Source: an uncultured delta proteobacterium
GTDB lineage: Bacteria; Myxococcota; Myxococcia; Myxococcales; Anaeromyxobacteraceae
Length of the DNA: 64,000 nt
Direction of reading: 5' to 3'
NCBI GenBank assembly: GCA_963828255.1
Contig: CAWHDZ010000030.1
Coordinates: 96,001 to 160,000 of the forward strand
Below the pieces are notes generated by a model. It ran no database searches. It was not told where the DNA came from and saw only the letters and a program-made list of their open reading frames with translations. Both the position numbers and the translations under genes were made by a program. Position 1 is the first letter of the stretch. The number at the start of each line of letters is the position of its first letter. Positions 9,112 to 18,123 of the stretch are shown one piece after another.

Positions 9112-11553
9112 ATGACTCGCCGCCCTCTTCTCGCCGTGCTGTTCGCCGCGCTGTTCGCGACCGCCTGCGGAGGCTCCCCCTCAGAAAGTGGGGCGACGAC
9201 GCCACCGGTAGTCGGTGTCGAAGTGACCCCCAGCGCGGTCAACGTGCCCGTAGGCGGGTCGGAGACCTTCGCCGCAGCCGTCACCGGGACGACCAGCAGG
9301 GCGGTCACCTGGTCGATCCAGGAAGGCTCGGCGTGCGGGTCCGTCTCGTCGGCGGGCGTCTACAGCGCACCGGGTGTTGCGAGCACCTGCCACGTCGTGG
9401 CGACCAGCGCCGCCGACACGACCAAGAGCGGGTCCGCCACCGTCACCGTCACGCCCGCCCCGGTCCTCACGGTGAACGTGTCGCCCGCCTCCCCCTCGGT
9501 CGCCGCCGGCGGCACGGTTGCCTTCGCCGCCACCGTCTCCGGTGCGGTACCGGGTCAACCCACCACCGTGACGTGGTCGGTGCCCGCCGGAGCAGGCTCC
9601 ATCGGCGCTTCCACTGGAGTCTACGTGGCTCCCTCGACCCCCGGCACCTACGTCGTCACCGCCACCAGCGTCGCCGCTCCGACCACGTTCGGCACCGCCA
9701 CGGTCACGGTGGTCGGCGTCGTCCAACCCCCCGACACGACGCCACCCACCGTCTCGCTGACCGCCCCCACCGAGGGGCAGAGCGTCTCGGGCACCGTCAC
9801 CGTCACCGCCACCGCCAGCGACAACGTCGCGGTCACCAGCGTGCGACTCCTGCTGGACGGCGCGCAGTTCTGCGCGCCGTCCACCACCCCCTTCGCCTGC
9901 GCCTGGAACACCACCGCAGCGGTCAACGGCGCCCATACCCTGACGGCGGTGGCGCAGGACGCCGCCGGCAACTCGACCACCTCGGCGGCGCGCCACGTCA
10001 CGGTGGCCAACGCCGCCACCGGGTTCCTGCGCGTCTCGACGACCGGGGTGGACAGCGGCAACTGCAAGGCCTCGCCCTGCAGGACCATCGTCTACGGGAT
10101 CTCCAAGATGCTCGGGGGAGACACCTTGGTCGTTGGAAACGGCGTCTACCCCGAGGCCAACGCGATCCGCAACGTGCCGAGTGGCAACGCCGGGCCCGAC
10201 GGCGTGCCCGGCACGGCAGACGACGTCTACACGACGGTCATGGCCGAGACCGACTTTGGCGTCCTCATCGACGGCTCCGGCTGGCCGGATACCTGGGTCT
10301 ACGGCATCCGCATCGAGAACGCCTCGTACGTCAAGGTGCAGGGGTTTCGCGTCCACGGCCGGCAGAGCAACGGCACCGGCGGCCCGATGACGGTGCTGAG
10401 CAGCCACCACGTCAAGATCATCCGGTGCGGATTCGCCTACGGCGGGGTGAGCGACAACACCGCCACCGTGGACCTCGGCCCCGACAACGACTACGTGCTC
10501 GTCGAGGAGTGCTACGCCTTCGGAGGCGGGAGGTACCAGTACGTGGTCTACTGGTCCGACCACACCGTCATCCGCAGGAGCGTGGCCCGGAACGACTACT
10601 GGAGGGGTTCGCTGCAGAGCGCGGCGTTCACCAACTACGACTCGATTCGCACCGTCTGGCAGAACAACATCGCCATCGACTCGGACGAGTCGTGCTGTTC
10701 CGGCCACCTCTACGCCGGGTTCTTCAACGAGAACAAGACCGACCACGCCAACGACACCAGCCAGGCGTTCCTGGGGAACATCGTCCTCAACTACGGCGCC
10801 TTCTACGCTGCGCACCTCGACTGGGTTGTCTCGGGCACGCGCGTCCTGACCGACAACATCTACTGGGACTCGATGGGCGGCTACTGGGGTGACCAGGGGC
10901 CAGGCGTGACCGCCTCTTGGACGGCCAAGAACCTGACCTCGGGCGCCGCCAAGGGCCTCTACGACGGGCCCAACATGGGTCCCGGCCTGGGGACCGGCCT
11001 GTCCATCTATGGCAACCTGACGAACCAGGTTCGCGACTCGATCTTCGCCGGCAACCGCTCCTTCGGCGTCGCGGACTACGTGTCCGGTGACTACAACGCG
11101 TTCTCCGGGAACGGGGCCAACTACGGCGGCCAGCACACCCCCACGCCGGGAGCGCACGACGTCACTTCGGTGGCCATCGTGCCCGGGGTCCTGAAGTACC
11201 TCCCGCGGGGACCGGAGGCCGGTTCGCTGCTCGCGACGGCCGGGTCCAGCGGCGGCCGTGTGGGCGCCCAGGTGCTGTGGAAGATCGGCGTGGACGGCAC
11301 CCTGTGGGGCGAACCCGGCTACGACACGTTGCGGGACGCCGCGCACGGCTTCGGCGGCGTGCCGGATCGACTCTGGCCGTTCCCCAACGAGGCGGCGATC
11401 AAGCTCGACATGGCCGCCTACAACGGTGGTGGGCTCGCGGGCCGGCGCGGATTCTGCTCGGCCGGCAAGCAGCTCGACGGGACGAGCAACGTGACGCTGA
11501 CGAGCTACATCTGGGAGTACCTGGGCAACCCCATGCCGGCGAGCATCTACTAG
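9112..11553 (+). CDS. large lipoprotein: Ig-like repeats plus right-handed beta-helix
   Basis: Lipobox LFATAC; two Ig-like repeats; a DTTPPTVSLTAP Big-type domain; Asn/Ile-rich beta-helix region. Confidence 0.8.
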   Translation: MTRRPLLAVLFAALFATACGGSPSESGATTPPVVGVEVTPSAVNVPVGGSETFAAAVTGTTSRAVTWSIQEGSACGSVSSAGVYSAPGVASTCHVVATSAADTTKSGSATVTVTPAPVLTVNVSPASPSVAAGGTVAFAATVSGAVPGQPTTVTWSVPAGAGSIGASTGVYVAPSTPGTYVVTATSVAAPTTFGTATVTVVGVVQPPDTTPPTVSLTAPTEGQSVSGTVTVTATASDNVAVTSVRLLLDGAQFCAPSTTPFACAWNTTAAVNGAHTLTAVAQDAAGNSTTSAARHVTVANAATGFLRVSTTGVDSGNCKASPCRTIVYGISKMLGGDTLVVGNGVYPEANAIRNVPSGNAGPDGVPGTADDVYTTVMAETDFGVLIDGSGWPDTWVYGIRIENASYVKVQGFRVHGRQSNGTGGPMTVLSSHHVKIIRCGFAYGGVSDNTATVDLGPDNDYVLVEECYAFGGGRYQYVVYWSDHTVIRRSVARNDYWRGSLQSAAFTNYDSIRTVWQNNIAIDSDESCCSGHLYAGFFNENKTDHANDTSQAFLGNIVLNYGAFYAAHLDWVVSGTRVLTDNIYWDSMGGYWGDQGPGVTASWTAKNLTSGAAKGLYDGPNMGPGLGTGLSIYGNLTNQVRDSIFAGNRSFGVADYVSGDYNAFSGNGANYGGQHTPTPGAHDVTSVAIVPGVLKYLPRGPEAGSLLATAGSSGGRVGAQVLWKIGVDGTLWGEPGYDTLRDAAHGFGGVPDRLWPFPNEAAIKLDMAAYNGGGLAGRRGFCSAGKQLDGTSNVTLTSYIWEYLGNPMPASIY

Positions 11554-11564
11554 GAGGACGGCCC

Positions 11565-11601
11565 GGAGTTCGAACCGCCATTCGGGTCGGGTGAGGGCAG
11601 C
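11565..11601 (+). repeat. 37-bp hairpin repeat, copy 2
   Basis: GGAGTTCGAACCGCCATTCGGGTCGGGTGAGGGCAGC. Confidence 0.85.
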
Positions 11602-11625
11602 CGTCGTAGCGCGGGATGCCGCTGT

Positions 11626-11656
11626 CCAGGTAGGCGCGAGAGAGGCGCCTACCTGG
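11626..11656. terminator. hairpin between convergent genes
   Basis: Perfect 12-bp stem CCAGGTAGGCGC/GCGCCTACCTGG with a 7-nt loop. Confidence 0.6.
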
Positions 11657-11739
11657 CGCTCCCAGCTCTCGCGGGGCTCGGGAGGGGGCACGCCGGATGG
11701 GTCGCACGCGCCGTGCCCGTCCCCGGCAGGCTGTCCGGT

Positions 11740-12594
11740 CTACCGCCCCAGGAACCTCTCCACCGCCGGGAAGAAGACGTCGGGGTTCTCGCAGAACGGC
11801 CAGTGGCCTGCCCCCGGGACCGCGAGGATCTCGCCGCGGGGGAGCGCCGAGAGCCACTCCTGCTCCGCGTCCGGGGGTCCCCGGTCGGTCTCGCCCCAGA
11901 CGAGCAGCACAGGCACGTCGAGCCCCGCGAGGCGCGGCCGCCAGTCCCAGTCGCCGAGCGACGGGTAGATCCGCTCCAGCCAGTCGGGGATCCACTTCTC
12001 CGGGAACTCGTTGGGCAGGTCGCAGGCCTCGAGCGGCACGAGCCCCACGTTCTCGGGGCGGGCCACCTGCTGGGGGAGGAGGTAGTGGCGCATCCACTCC
12101 CGGGCGTAGGTGCGGGGATCGGTGCGGTGGACCTTGCCGGCGCGCAGCGCGCCGAGCCGCGTCGAGCCGGGAGGGCGGATCATCTCGCCCAGGCTGGGAA
12201 GCTCGGAGTCGTGCCAGGGGACGCGCCGGGGCGCGAACGCGCCCACCAGCACCAGCCGGGAGACCGCGTGGGGATGATCGAGCGCGTGGAGGAGCGCCAC
12301 CGCCGAGCAGTAGGAGTGGCCGATCACCACCGGCCGGTCGAGCGAGAGGTGGCGCCGGATGGCTTCCAGGTCGGCGACGTCGAAGGACACCCCCAGCCGG
12401 CTCCGGTCCTCCACGTGGGAGGAGAGGCCACGGCCCCGGAGGTCGTAGGAGACGATCCGGCGCCCCTGGGCCAGGGGCCGGAGCGGTCCGGCCACCCACG
12501 ACCCGTTCGGGACGACGAGCGCCTGCCCCTCCGATCCGCCGACCGTGTAGTGGATCCGGATACCTGGCTCGACCTCTAGGGTTCCGTGCTGCAA
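11740..12594 (-). CDS. alpha/beta hydrolase (proline iminopeptidase-like)
   Basis: YDLRGRGLS, GHSYC nucleophile elbow, GAGHWPF; TTG start behind AGGAGG. Confidence 0.85.
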   Translation of the reverse strand: MQHGTLEVEPGIRIHYTVGGSEGQALVVPNGSWVAGPLRPLAQGRRIVSYDLRGRGLSSHVEDRSRLGVSFDVADLEAIRRHLSLDRPVVIGHSYCSAVALLHALDHPHAVSRLVLVGAFAPRRVPWHDSELPSLGEMIRPPGSTRLGALRAGKVHRTDPRTYAREWMRHYLLPQQVARPENVGLVPLEACDLPNEFPEKWIPDWLERIYPSLGDWDWRPRLAGLDVPVLLVWGETDRGPPDAEQEWLSALPRGEILAVPGAGHWPFCENPDVFFPAVERFLGR

Positions 12595-12677
12595 GCGACC
12601 GCGCCCTCCTGGGTGGGCCAAGGTACTCCGAATCCTCGGGATCGGCACGGCCGCACGAGGGTAACCTCCGGGTTTCC

Positions 12678-12707
12678 TTGACAGGAAGCGGGGGCCGATC
12701 GTATAGA
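12678..12707 (+). promoter_or_regulatory. sigma70-type promoter of rplU-rpmA
   Basis: TTGACA-N18-TATAGA upstream of a ribosomal protein operon. Confidence 0.6.
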
Positions 12708-12802
12708 ACCGCCCTTCCGGAGGCTCAGGCCCCGCAGCGCACGTCCGCGCCGGGGGAGAAACCCGAGTTCATTCCGATGGTTTTTCGCGAAGGAGCGGCT
12801 CG

Positions 12803-13108
12803 ATGTATGCGGTGATCCAGACCGGCGGCAAGCAGTATCGGGTTTCCAAGGGCGACAAGCTTCGCGTCGAGCTCCTCGAGGGCGACGTGGGCAAGAAGCT
12901 CTCCTTCGACGCGCTGCTCGTCGGCGGCGAGGGCGAGGCCAAGGTGGGCAAGCCCACCGTGGCCGGCGCGTCCGTCGCGGGCGAGATCGTCGCCCAGGGA
13001 CGTCACGCCAAGGTGGTCCACTTCCGCAAGAAGAAGGAAGGCTGGACCAAGAAGCGCGGCCACCGGCAGCCGTACACCGAGGTCGTCATCACCGGGGTCA
13101 GCGGCTAG
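12803..13108 (+). CDS. rplU: 50S ribosomal protein L21
   Basis: [14 protein letters not shown]...GHRQPYT. Confidence 0.98.
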   Translation: MYAVIQTGGKQYRVSKGDKLRVELLEGDVGKKLSFDALLVGGEGEAKVGKPTVAGASVAGEIVAQGRHAKVVHFRKKKEGWTKKRGHRQPYTEVVITGVSG

Positions 13109-13134
13109 CCCGCCCGAAGGAAAGGGATCAAGCA

Positions 13135-13392
13135 ATGGCTCACAAAAAAGGACAGGGCTCCAGCCGCAACGGCCGCGACTCCGCCGGGCAGCACCGCGGC
13201 GTGAAGATCTACGGCTCCGAGAACGTGATCGCCGGCAACATCCTGGTCCGCCAGTGCGGCACGCTCTTCCACCCCGGGCAGAACGTCGGGATGGGCAAGG
13301 ACTTCACGCTGTTCGCGAAGATCGACGGCACAGTGAAGTACGAGAAGACCCGCGGCGACCGCCGGGTGGTCAAGATCGTCCCGAAGGCCTGA
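13135..13392 (+). CDS. rpmA: 50S ribosomal protein L27
   Basis: [16 protein letters not shown]. Confidence 0.98.
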   Translation: MAHKKGQGSSRNGRDSAGQHRGVKIYGSENVIAGNILVRQCGTLFHPGQNVGMGKDFTLFAKIDGTVKYEKTRGDRRVVKIVPKA

Positions 13393-13465
13393 GTCGAGGG
13401 CCCTCGCCGATGTCGCGAGCGCCGCGGAGCCTTCTGGCCCGCGGCGTTCGTCGTATGGAGGCCAT

Positions 13466-14536
13466 GTGAAGTTCGTCGACGAGGTCCGCATCAAGGTCGC
13501 CTCCGGCGACGGGGGGAACGGCGCCGTCGCCTGGCGCCGGGAGAAGTTCATCCCCCGCGGCGGGCCCGCCGGCGGGGACGGCGGCTGGGGCGGCGACGTG
13601 ATCCTGATCGTCGACCCGCAGATGAACACGCTGCTCGACTACCGCTACATCCGCGAGCACCGGGCCAAGAGCGGGGAGCACGGCCGCGGGTCCGACCAGA
13701 ACGGCCTCTCCCAGCCCCCGCTCGAGCTTCGCGTGCCCCCGGGGACGCTGGTGAAGGACGCCGCCACCGGCGAGGTCCTCGCCGACATGGGCGAGGCCTG
13801 CCCGACCTTCGTGATCTGCAAGGGCGGCCGCGGCGGGCTCGGCAACATGAACTTCGCCACCTCCACCAACCAGGCGCCGCGCTTCGCGCAGCCCGGCACC
13901 AAGGGCGAGGAGAAGGACCTTCAGCTCGAGCTGAAGCTGCTCGCCGACGTCGGCATCGTCGGCTACCCCAACGCCGGCAAGTCCACGCTCATCAGCCGCA
14001 TCTCCCGGGCGCGCCCCAAGATCGCCGACTACCCCTTCACCACCCTGACGCCCAACCTGGGCGTGGTGGGCTGGCGCGGCAAGAGCTTCGTGGTGGCCGA
14101 CGTCCCTGGCCTCATCGAGGGGGCCCACGCCGGCGCCGGCCTCGGCCACCAGTTCCTGCGCCACCTGGAGCGGACCAAGGTCCTCGTGCACCTCGTGGAC
14201 CCGCTGGCGCCGGGCGAGGGGCGCGGTCCGCGCGCCGACCTCGACGCCATCGACCGGGAGCTGGCCCTCTACTCGAAGGAGCTGGCGAAGAAGCCCCAGG
14301 TCATCGCGGTGACCAAGATGGACGTCCCCGAGGCCGAGGCGAAGCTCGCCCTGCTGAAGAAGAGCTTCGCCCGGCGCAAGAAGAAGCCGCTCATCCTGGC
14401 CATCTCCGCCGTCACCGGCGAGGGGATCGACCCGCTTCTCGACCAGGTGGCGAAGGTGCTGCGCGGCGAGGAGCCCGGCAAGGAGCGGCTCGCCAAGAAG
14501 AAGGTGGGCAAGCCCAGGAGCAAGGCTTCGCGGTGA
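13466..14536 (+). CDS. obgE: GTPase ObgE/CgtA
   Basis: FVDEV, Gly-rich Obg fold, GYPNAGKS, YPFTTL, DVPGLIEGA. Confidence 0.97.
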   Translation: MKFVDEVRIKVASGDGGNGAVAWRREKFIPRGGPAGGDGGWGGDVILIVDPQMNTLLDYRYIREHRAKSGEHGRGSDQNGLSQPPLELRVPPGTLVKDAATGEVLADMGEACPTFVICKGGRGGLGNMNFATSTNQAPRFAQPGTKGEEKDLQLELKLLADVGIVGYPNAGKSTLISRISRARPKIADYPFTTLTPNLGVVGWRGKSFVVADVPGLIEGAHAGAGLGHQFLRHLERTKVLVHLVDPLAPGEGRGPRADLDAIDRELALYSKELAKKPQVIAVTKMDVPEAEAKLALLKKSFARRKKKPLILAISAVTGEGIDPLLDQVAKVLRGEEPGKERLAKKKVGKPRSKASR

Positions 14537-15189
14537 GCGACTACCTCCTCCCCGAGCGCAAGGCGCGCATCGACGAGGTGGTGTCGCGCCGGACCAGGAC
14601 GCTCACGGTGGTCATCGAGGCGCTCTGCGATCCGCAGAACGTGAACGCCGTGCTGCGCACCTGCGACTCCTTCGGGGTGCAGGAGGTCCACGTGGTCGAG
14701 GGGCCCATGAAGGGCTTCGACCGGAACAAGAAGATCTCGCAGAACGCCGACAAGTGGCTCGACGTGACCCGCTGGGGCTCGACGCGGGAGTGCCTTTCCG
14801 CGCTCAAGGCGCGAGGCTTCGCCGTCCACGTCACCTGGCTGGGCGAGGGGTCGGTGGGGCTCGCCGACCTCGACTTCGCCGGGCCGGTGGCGCTGGTCTT
14901 CGGCAACGAGAGCAAGGGCGTCTCCGACGAGGCGCTGGCCATGGCCGACGCGCGCTTCGCCATCCCCATGCGCGGGTTCTCCCAGTCGCTCAACGTCTCG
15001 GTGGCGGCCGCGGTGACGCTGGCACGCGCCATCGACCGGCGCGAGGCGGTGCGCGGGCGGCACGGCGACCTGCCGGAGGCGGAGGCCGAGGAGCTGCGCC
15101 GGCGCTTCTACGTACTGGCGGTGAAGCAGCGGTCGCGCATCGCCAAGGCCGAGGCGGTCGCCGACCGCCGGGCGCGCCACCGGCGCTGA
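14533..15189 (+). CDS. trmH: SpoU/TrmH family tRNA methyltransferase
   Basis: DPQNVNAVLRTCD, FGNESKGVS, IPMRGFSQSLNVSVA. Confidence 0.85.
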   Translation: MSDYLLPERKARIDEVVSRRTRTLTVVIEALCDPQNVNAVLRTCDSFGVQEVHVVEGPMKGFDRNKKISQNADKWLDVTRWGSTRECLSALKARGFAVHVTWLGEGSVGLADLDFAGPVALVFGNESKGVSDEALAMADARFAIPMRGFSQSLNVSVAAAVTLARAIDRREAVRGRHGDLPEAEAEELRRRFYVLAVKQRSRIAKAEAVADRRARHRR

Positions 15190-15267
15190 TCCAGGACCGA
15201 TCCGGGGTGAGGGGCGGGGGTCCTTCGGGCCGCCGCGGATCGCCCTTGTCCGTCCGGTGGCGTTCAT

Positions 15268-15286
15268 GATAATAAGAATCGTTCTC
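15268..15286 (+). promoter_or_regulatory. Fur box
   Basis: GATAATAAGAATCGTTCTC matches the Fur consensus GATAATGATAATCATTATC at 15/19; an AT-rich island 24 nt upstream of the porin ATG. Confidence 0.8.
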
Positions 15287-15310
15287 AATATCCCGAAGGG
15301 CCGCACCCCC

Positions 15311-16585
15311 ATGACACGACTCCTCGTCCCGCTCCTGCTGTCCGCGCTCGCCCTCCCGGCCCTGGGGGAGGAGACGCCCCCGCCGGCCGCGCCCGTCGCC
15401 CCCACCGCCGCCGAGGACCGCCCCGCCACCCAGGCCGAGGTGAAGGCGCTGGCCGAGGAGGTCCGGCGCCTCAAGCTGGAGATGTCGGTGCCCGACGTGA
15501 TCCAGTTCGGCTCCTACGCCGGCATGGGAATGGGCGCCTCCAAGGTCCACTTCCAGCCCAAGGGGCTCTCCATCGGCGGCTACGGCGAGTTCGTCTACAC
15601 GAACTTCGCCGACGACAGGGTGGACCTGGCCGAGGTCCTGCGGCTCGTCCTCTACGTCGGCTACCGCTTCAACGACCGGATCGTCTTCAACTCCGAGGTC
15701 GAGTTCGAGCACGGCGCCAGGGAGATCGGGATCGAGCTCGCCTACTTCGACTTCACGCTGCTCGATCAGCTGACGCTCCGGGTGGGCAACGTGCTCGTCC
15801 CGGTGGGCTTCCTGAACGAAAACCACGAGCCCATCTTCTTCTACGGCGTCTACCGGCCCCTGGTGGACCGCTTCGTGATCCCCACCACCTGGAACCAGAA
15901 CGGCCTCGGAATCTACGGCGACCTCGGACCCGTCCGCTACAAGGCCTACCTCCTCACCGGCCTCGACGCCTTCGGCGACGACCCCCTCCAGGCCGGGACA
16001 TGGATCCGCAACGCCCGCACCGGAGCCTTCGGCCCGGCCCAGACGTGGGCGGGCGTGGCGAGCCTCAACGCCGACGTGGGGCCGGCCACCTTCGGCGGCA
16101 GCTTCTACGGCGGCGACGCCGGGCAGGGGTACCGGGACACCGCCGGTGCACGCGTCTCCCCCACCGTGCTCATCGGCGAGATCCACGCGCTGGTCGCCTG
16201 GAAGGGGCTCACCGCGCGCGCCCTCATGGCCTTTGGCTCGCTCTCCCGGTCCGCCGCCGTCTCCGAGGCGCTCCTGAAAGCGCCCGACCAGTACATCGGC
16301 AGCCGCGCCTGGGGTGGATACGTGGAGGCCGGGTTCGACGTGCTCACGCTCGTCGGGTCGTCCATGTCGCTCTCGCCCTTCCTGCGCTTCGAGGCACTCG
16401 ACACCCAGGCCGCGGTCGAGGGGCTCGGCGTGAAGAACCCGGCCTTCGACCGCCGGGTGATCACCACCGGGATCGACTTCAAGCCCATCCCCCAGGTCGT
16501 GGTGAAGGCCAACTGGCAGCAGATCACCACCATGGCATCGCAGACGCTCCAGCAGTGGGACCTGGGCGTGGGCTTCGTCTACTAG
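15311..16585 (+). CDS. outer-membrane porin with N-terminal coiled coil
   Basis: Signal peptide, coiled coil, IGGYGE, GYRFNDRIVFNSEVEFEHG, HEP..F..V.RP...IPTTW, C-terminal GVGFVY. Confidence 0.8.
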   Translation: MTRLLVPLLLSALALPALGEETPPPAAPVAPTAAEDRPATQAEVKALAEEVRRLKLEMSVPDVIQFGSYAGMGMGASKVHFQPKGLSIGGYGEFVYTNFADDRVDLAEVLRLVLYVGYRFNDRIVFNSEVEFEHGAREIGIELAYFDFTLLDQLTLRVGNVLVPVGFLNENHEPIFFYGVYRPLVDRFVIPTTWNQNGLGIYGDLGPVRYKAYLLTGLDAFGDDPLQAGTWIRNARTGAFGPAQTWAGVASLNADVGPATFGGSFYGGDAGQGYRDTAGARVSPTVLIGEIHALVAWKGLTARALMAFGSLSRSAAVSEALLKAPDQYIGSRAWGGYVEAGFDVLTLVGSSMSLSPFLRFEALDTQAAVEGLGVKNPAFDRRVITTGIDFKPIPQVVVKANWQQITTMASQTLQQWDLGVGFVY

Positions 16586-16593
16586 GCGCGCGG

Positions 16594-17121
16594 ATGCGAC
16601 GGGGAATCCTCATCGCCGCCGTGCTCGCCTGGTCCGGCGCCGCGTTCGCCGCTCCGCCCGACGCGCTTCGCGCGGCCTTTCCGGAAGCGGAACGCTTCGA
16701 CCCGACCGACGTGCTCCTCTCCGACGAGATGGCGAGGAAGCTCGACGACCTGGCCCGCTCGAAGATCCCGGAGCGGATGGTCACCTTCTACGCGGCCCGC
16801 AAGGGCGACGCCGTCCTGGGGTACGCGGTGCTGCAGAGCCACGTGGTGCGCACCAAGCGGGAGACGCTGCTCCTCGCCTTCGAGCCCGACGGGCGGATCC
16901 GGAGGATCGTCGTCCTCGCCTTCCTCGAGCCCCCCGAGTACAGGCCGTCCGAGCGCTGGCTCGGCCAGTTCTCCGGAAAGGGGGCCACCGACCGGCTGGC
17001 GGTGGGGGACGACCTCGCCCCCATCTCCGGGTCCACGCTCTCGGCGCGCGGGGTGGCCGAGCAGTCGCGCTGGCTGCTCCAGGCGCTGCAGATGGCCAGG
17101 CAGGGGAGGAAGGTCCCGTGA
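16594..17121 (+). CDS. periplasmic FMN-binding domain protein
   Basis: Signal peptide; F.EP.EY, WLGQF.G, ISGSTLS (variant of the [ST]GA[ST] flavinylation motif). Confidence 0.8.
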   Translation: MRRGILIAAVLAWSGAAFAAPPDALRAAFPEAERFDPTDVLLSDEMARKLDDLARSKIPERMVTFYAARKGDAVLGYAVLQSHVVRTKRETLLLAFEPDGRIRRIVVLAFLEPPEYRPSERWLGQFSGKGATDRLAVGDDLAPISGSTLSARGVAEQSRWLLQALQMARQGRKVP

Positions 17122-17606
17122 GATTCCTCGTGCAGCCGAACCCGGCGGTGATGGACCGGGCGCGCCCTCCGGTGCGGGCCTTCCTGGCCTTCGCCGCGCT
17201 GCTGCTCGTCGGATGGGTGGCCTCCCGCGCCGCCCACGGCGCGCTCACCCCCGACGGGCTCGCCCGCATCCTCGAGCCCTCGCCCGGGGAGCGGCTCGGG
17301 CCCTTGGCGCTCTGGGAGGAGGTCCACCAGGGGGCCTTCCTGTACGGCTTCCTGCTGCTCACGCTGGGCTCCCTGCTCGTGGTCTGCCCGGTGGCGCCCG
17401 GCCTGCGAAACGGCCTCGTGGGAGCCGCCATGGTCGCGGCCCTCGTGGACCTGCTCGCCCCGTTCCTGCACGTGCTCCGGCCTGGCTTCCCGGGCTGGGC
17501 GCTGCTCCGGATCGGCGCCTTTGGCGTCGCCATGGCCGTGCTCCTCGCCGCGGTGGCGGTCGCCTGGGCCACCTTCGGCAAGGAGCCGAGGCGCACCGAT
17601 GGTTGA
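17118..17606 (+). CDS. 4-TM membrane protein of unknown function
   Basis: Translationally coupled (GTGA); WEEVH motif before TM2. Confidence 0.7.
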   Translation: MRFLVQPNPAVMDRARPPVRAFLAFAALLLVGWVASRAAHGALTPDGLARILEPSPGERLGPLALWEEVHQGAFLYGFLLLTLGSLLVVCPVAPGLRNGLVGAAMVAALVDLLAPFLHVLRPGFPGWALLRIGAFGVAMAVLLAAVAVAWATFGKEPRRTDG

Positions 17607-18123
17607 TCCCCGGGTCGCCCGATTCACCGCGCCCATCGTGGCCTTCGCGGCCATGGTGGCGGTGGTCATGGCCACCGGCGCGGTCCTCTTCGCCCGGAAG
17701 ATCGGGTTCGACGGCGGCCAGGTCCGGGCCTTCTACCTGGGCTCGGAGGCCGGTTTCGCGGAGCCCAGGTCGCTCGCCGGGCTCCTCGAGGTGGCGGTGC
17801 CGCACCTGCTCGCGGTGCCCTTGCTGATCTTCGTGACGCTGCACCTCGTGGCCTTCGCCTCCGGGATGAGACGCCGCCCCTTCGCGGTGCTTGCCGGGAT
17901 CACCTGGGGCTGCGCCGGTGCGGGGATCCTGGCCGGCTTCGCCATCCGCTTCGCCTGGCCGTGGCTCGCGTCCCTCAAGGTGGCGGCCTTCGTGGGGCTC
18001 CAGGCCACGATGCTCGCCTGGCTCCTCCTGCTCGTCGCGGCGATCCTGCCCCCCGCCCGCGGCGAGTCCCGCTCCGGCGGCCTCACGGGGTCGGAGGCCG
18101 CACCACCTCGAGCCGTGCGCTGA
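17599..18123 (+). CDS. 4-TM membrane protein, possible b-heme binding
   Basis: FYLG, LLEVAVPHLLAVPLLIFVTLH with His residues 13 apart in one helix. Confidence 0.7.
   Translation: MVDPRVARFTAPIVAFAAMVAVVMATGAVLFARKIGFDGGQVRAFYLGSEAGFAEPRSLAGLLEVAVPHLLAVPLLIFVTLHLVAFASGMRRRPFAVLAGITWGCAGAGILAGFAIRFAWPWLASLKVAAFVGLQATMLAWLLLLVAAILPPARGESRSGGLTGSEAAPPRAVR

Noticed and set aside
8712..11601. 37-bp repeats as CRISPR repeats or integron attC sites
   Set aside because: Only two copies 2.85 kb apart, no spacers, cas or intI genes, and the core-site order does not fit attC.
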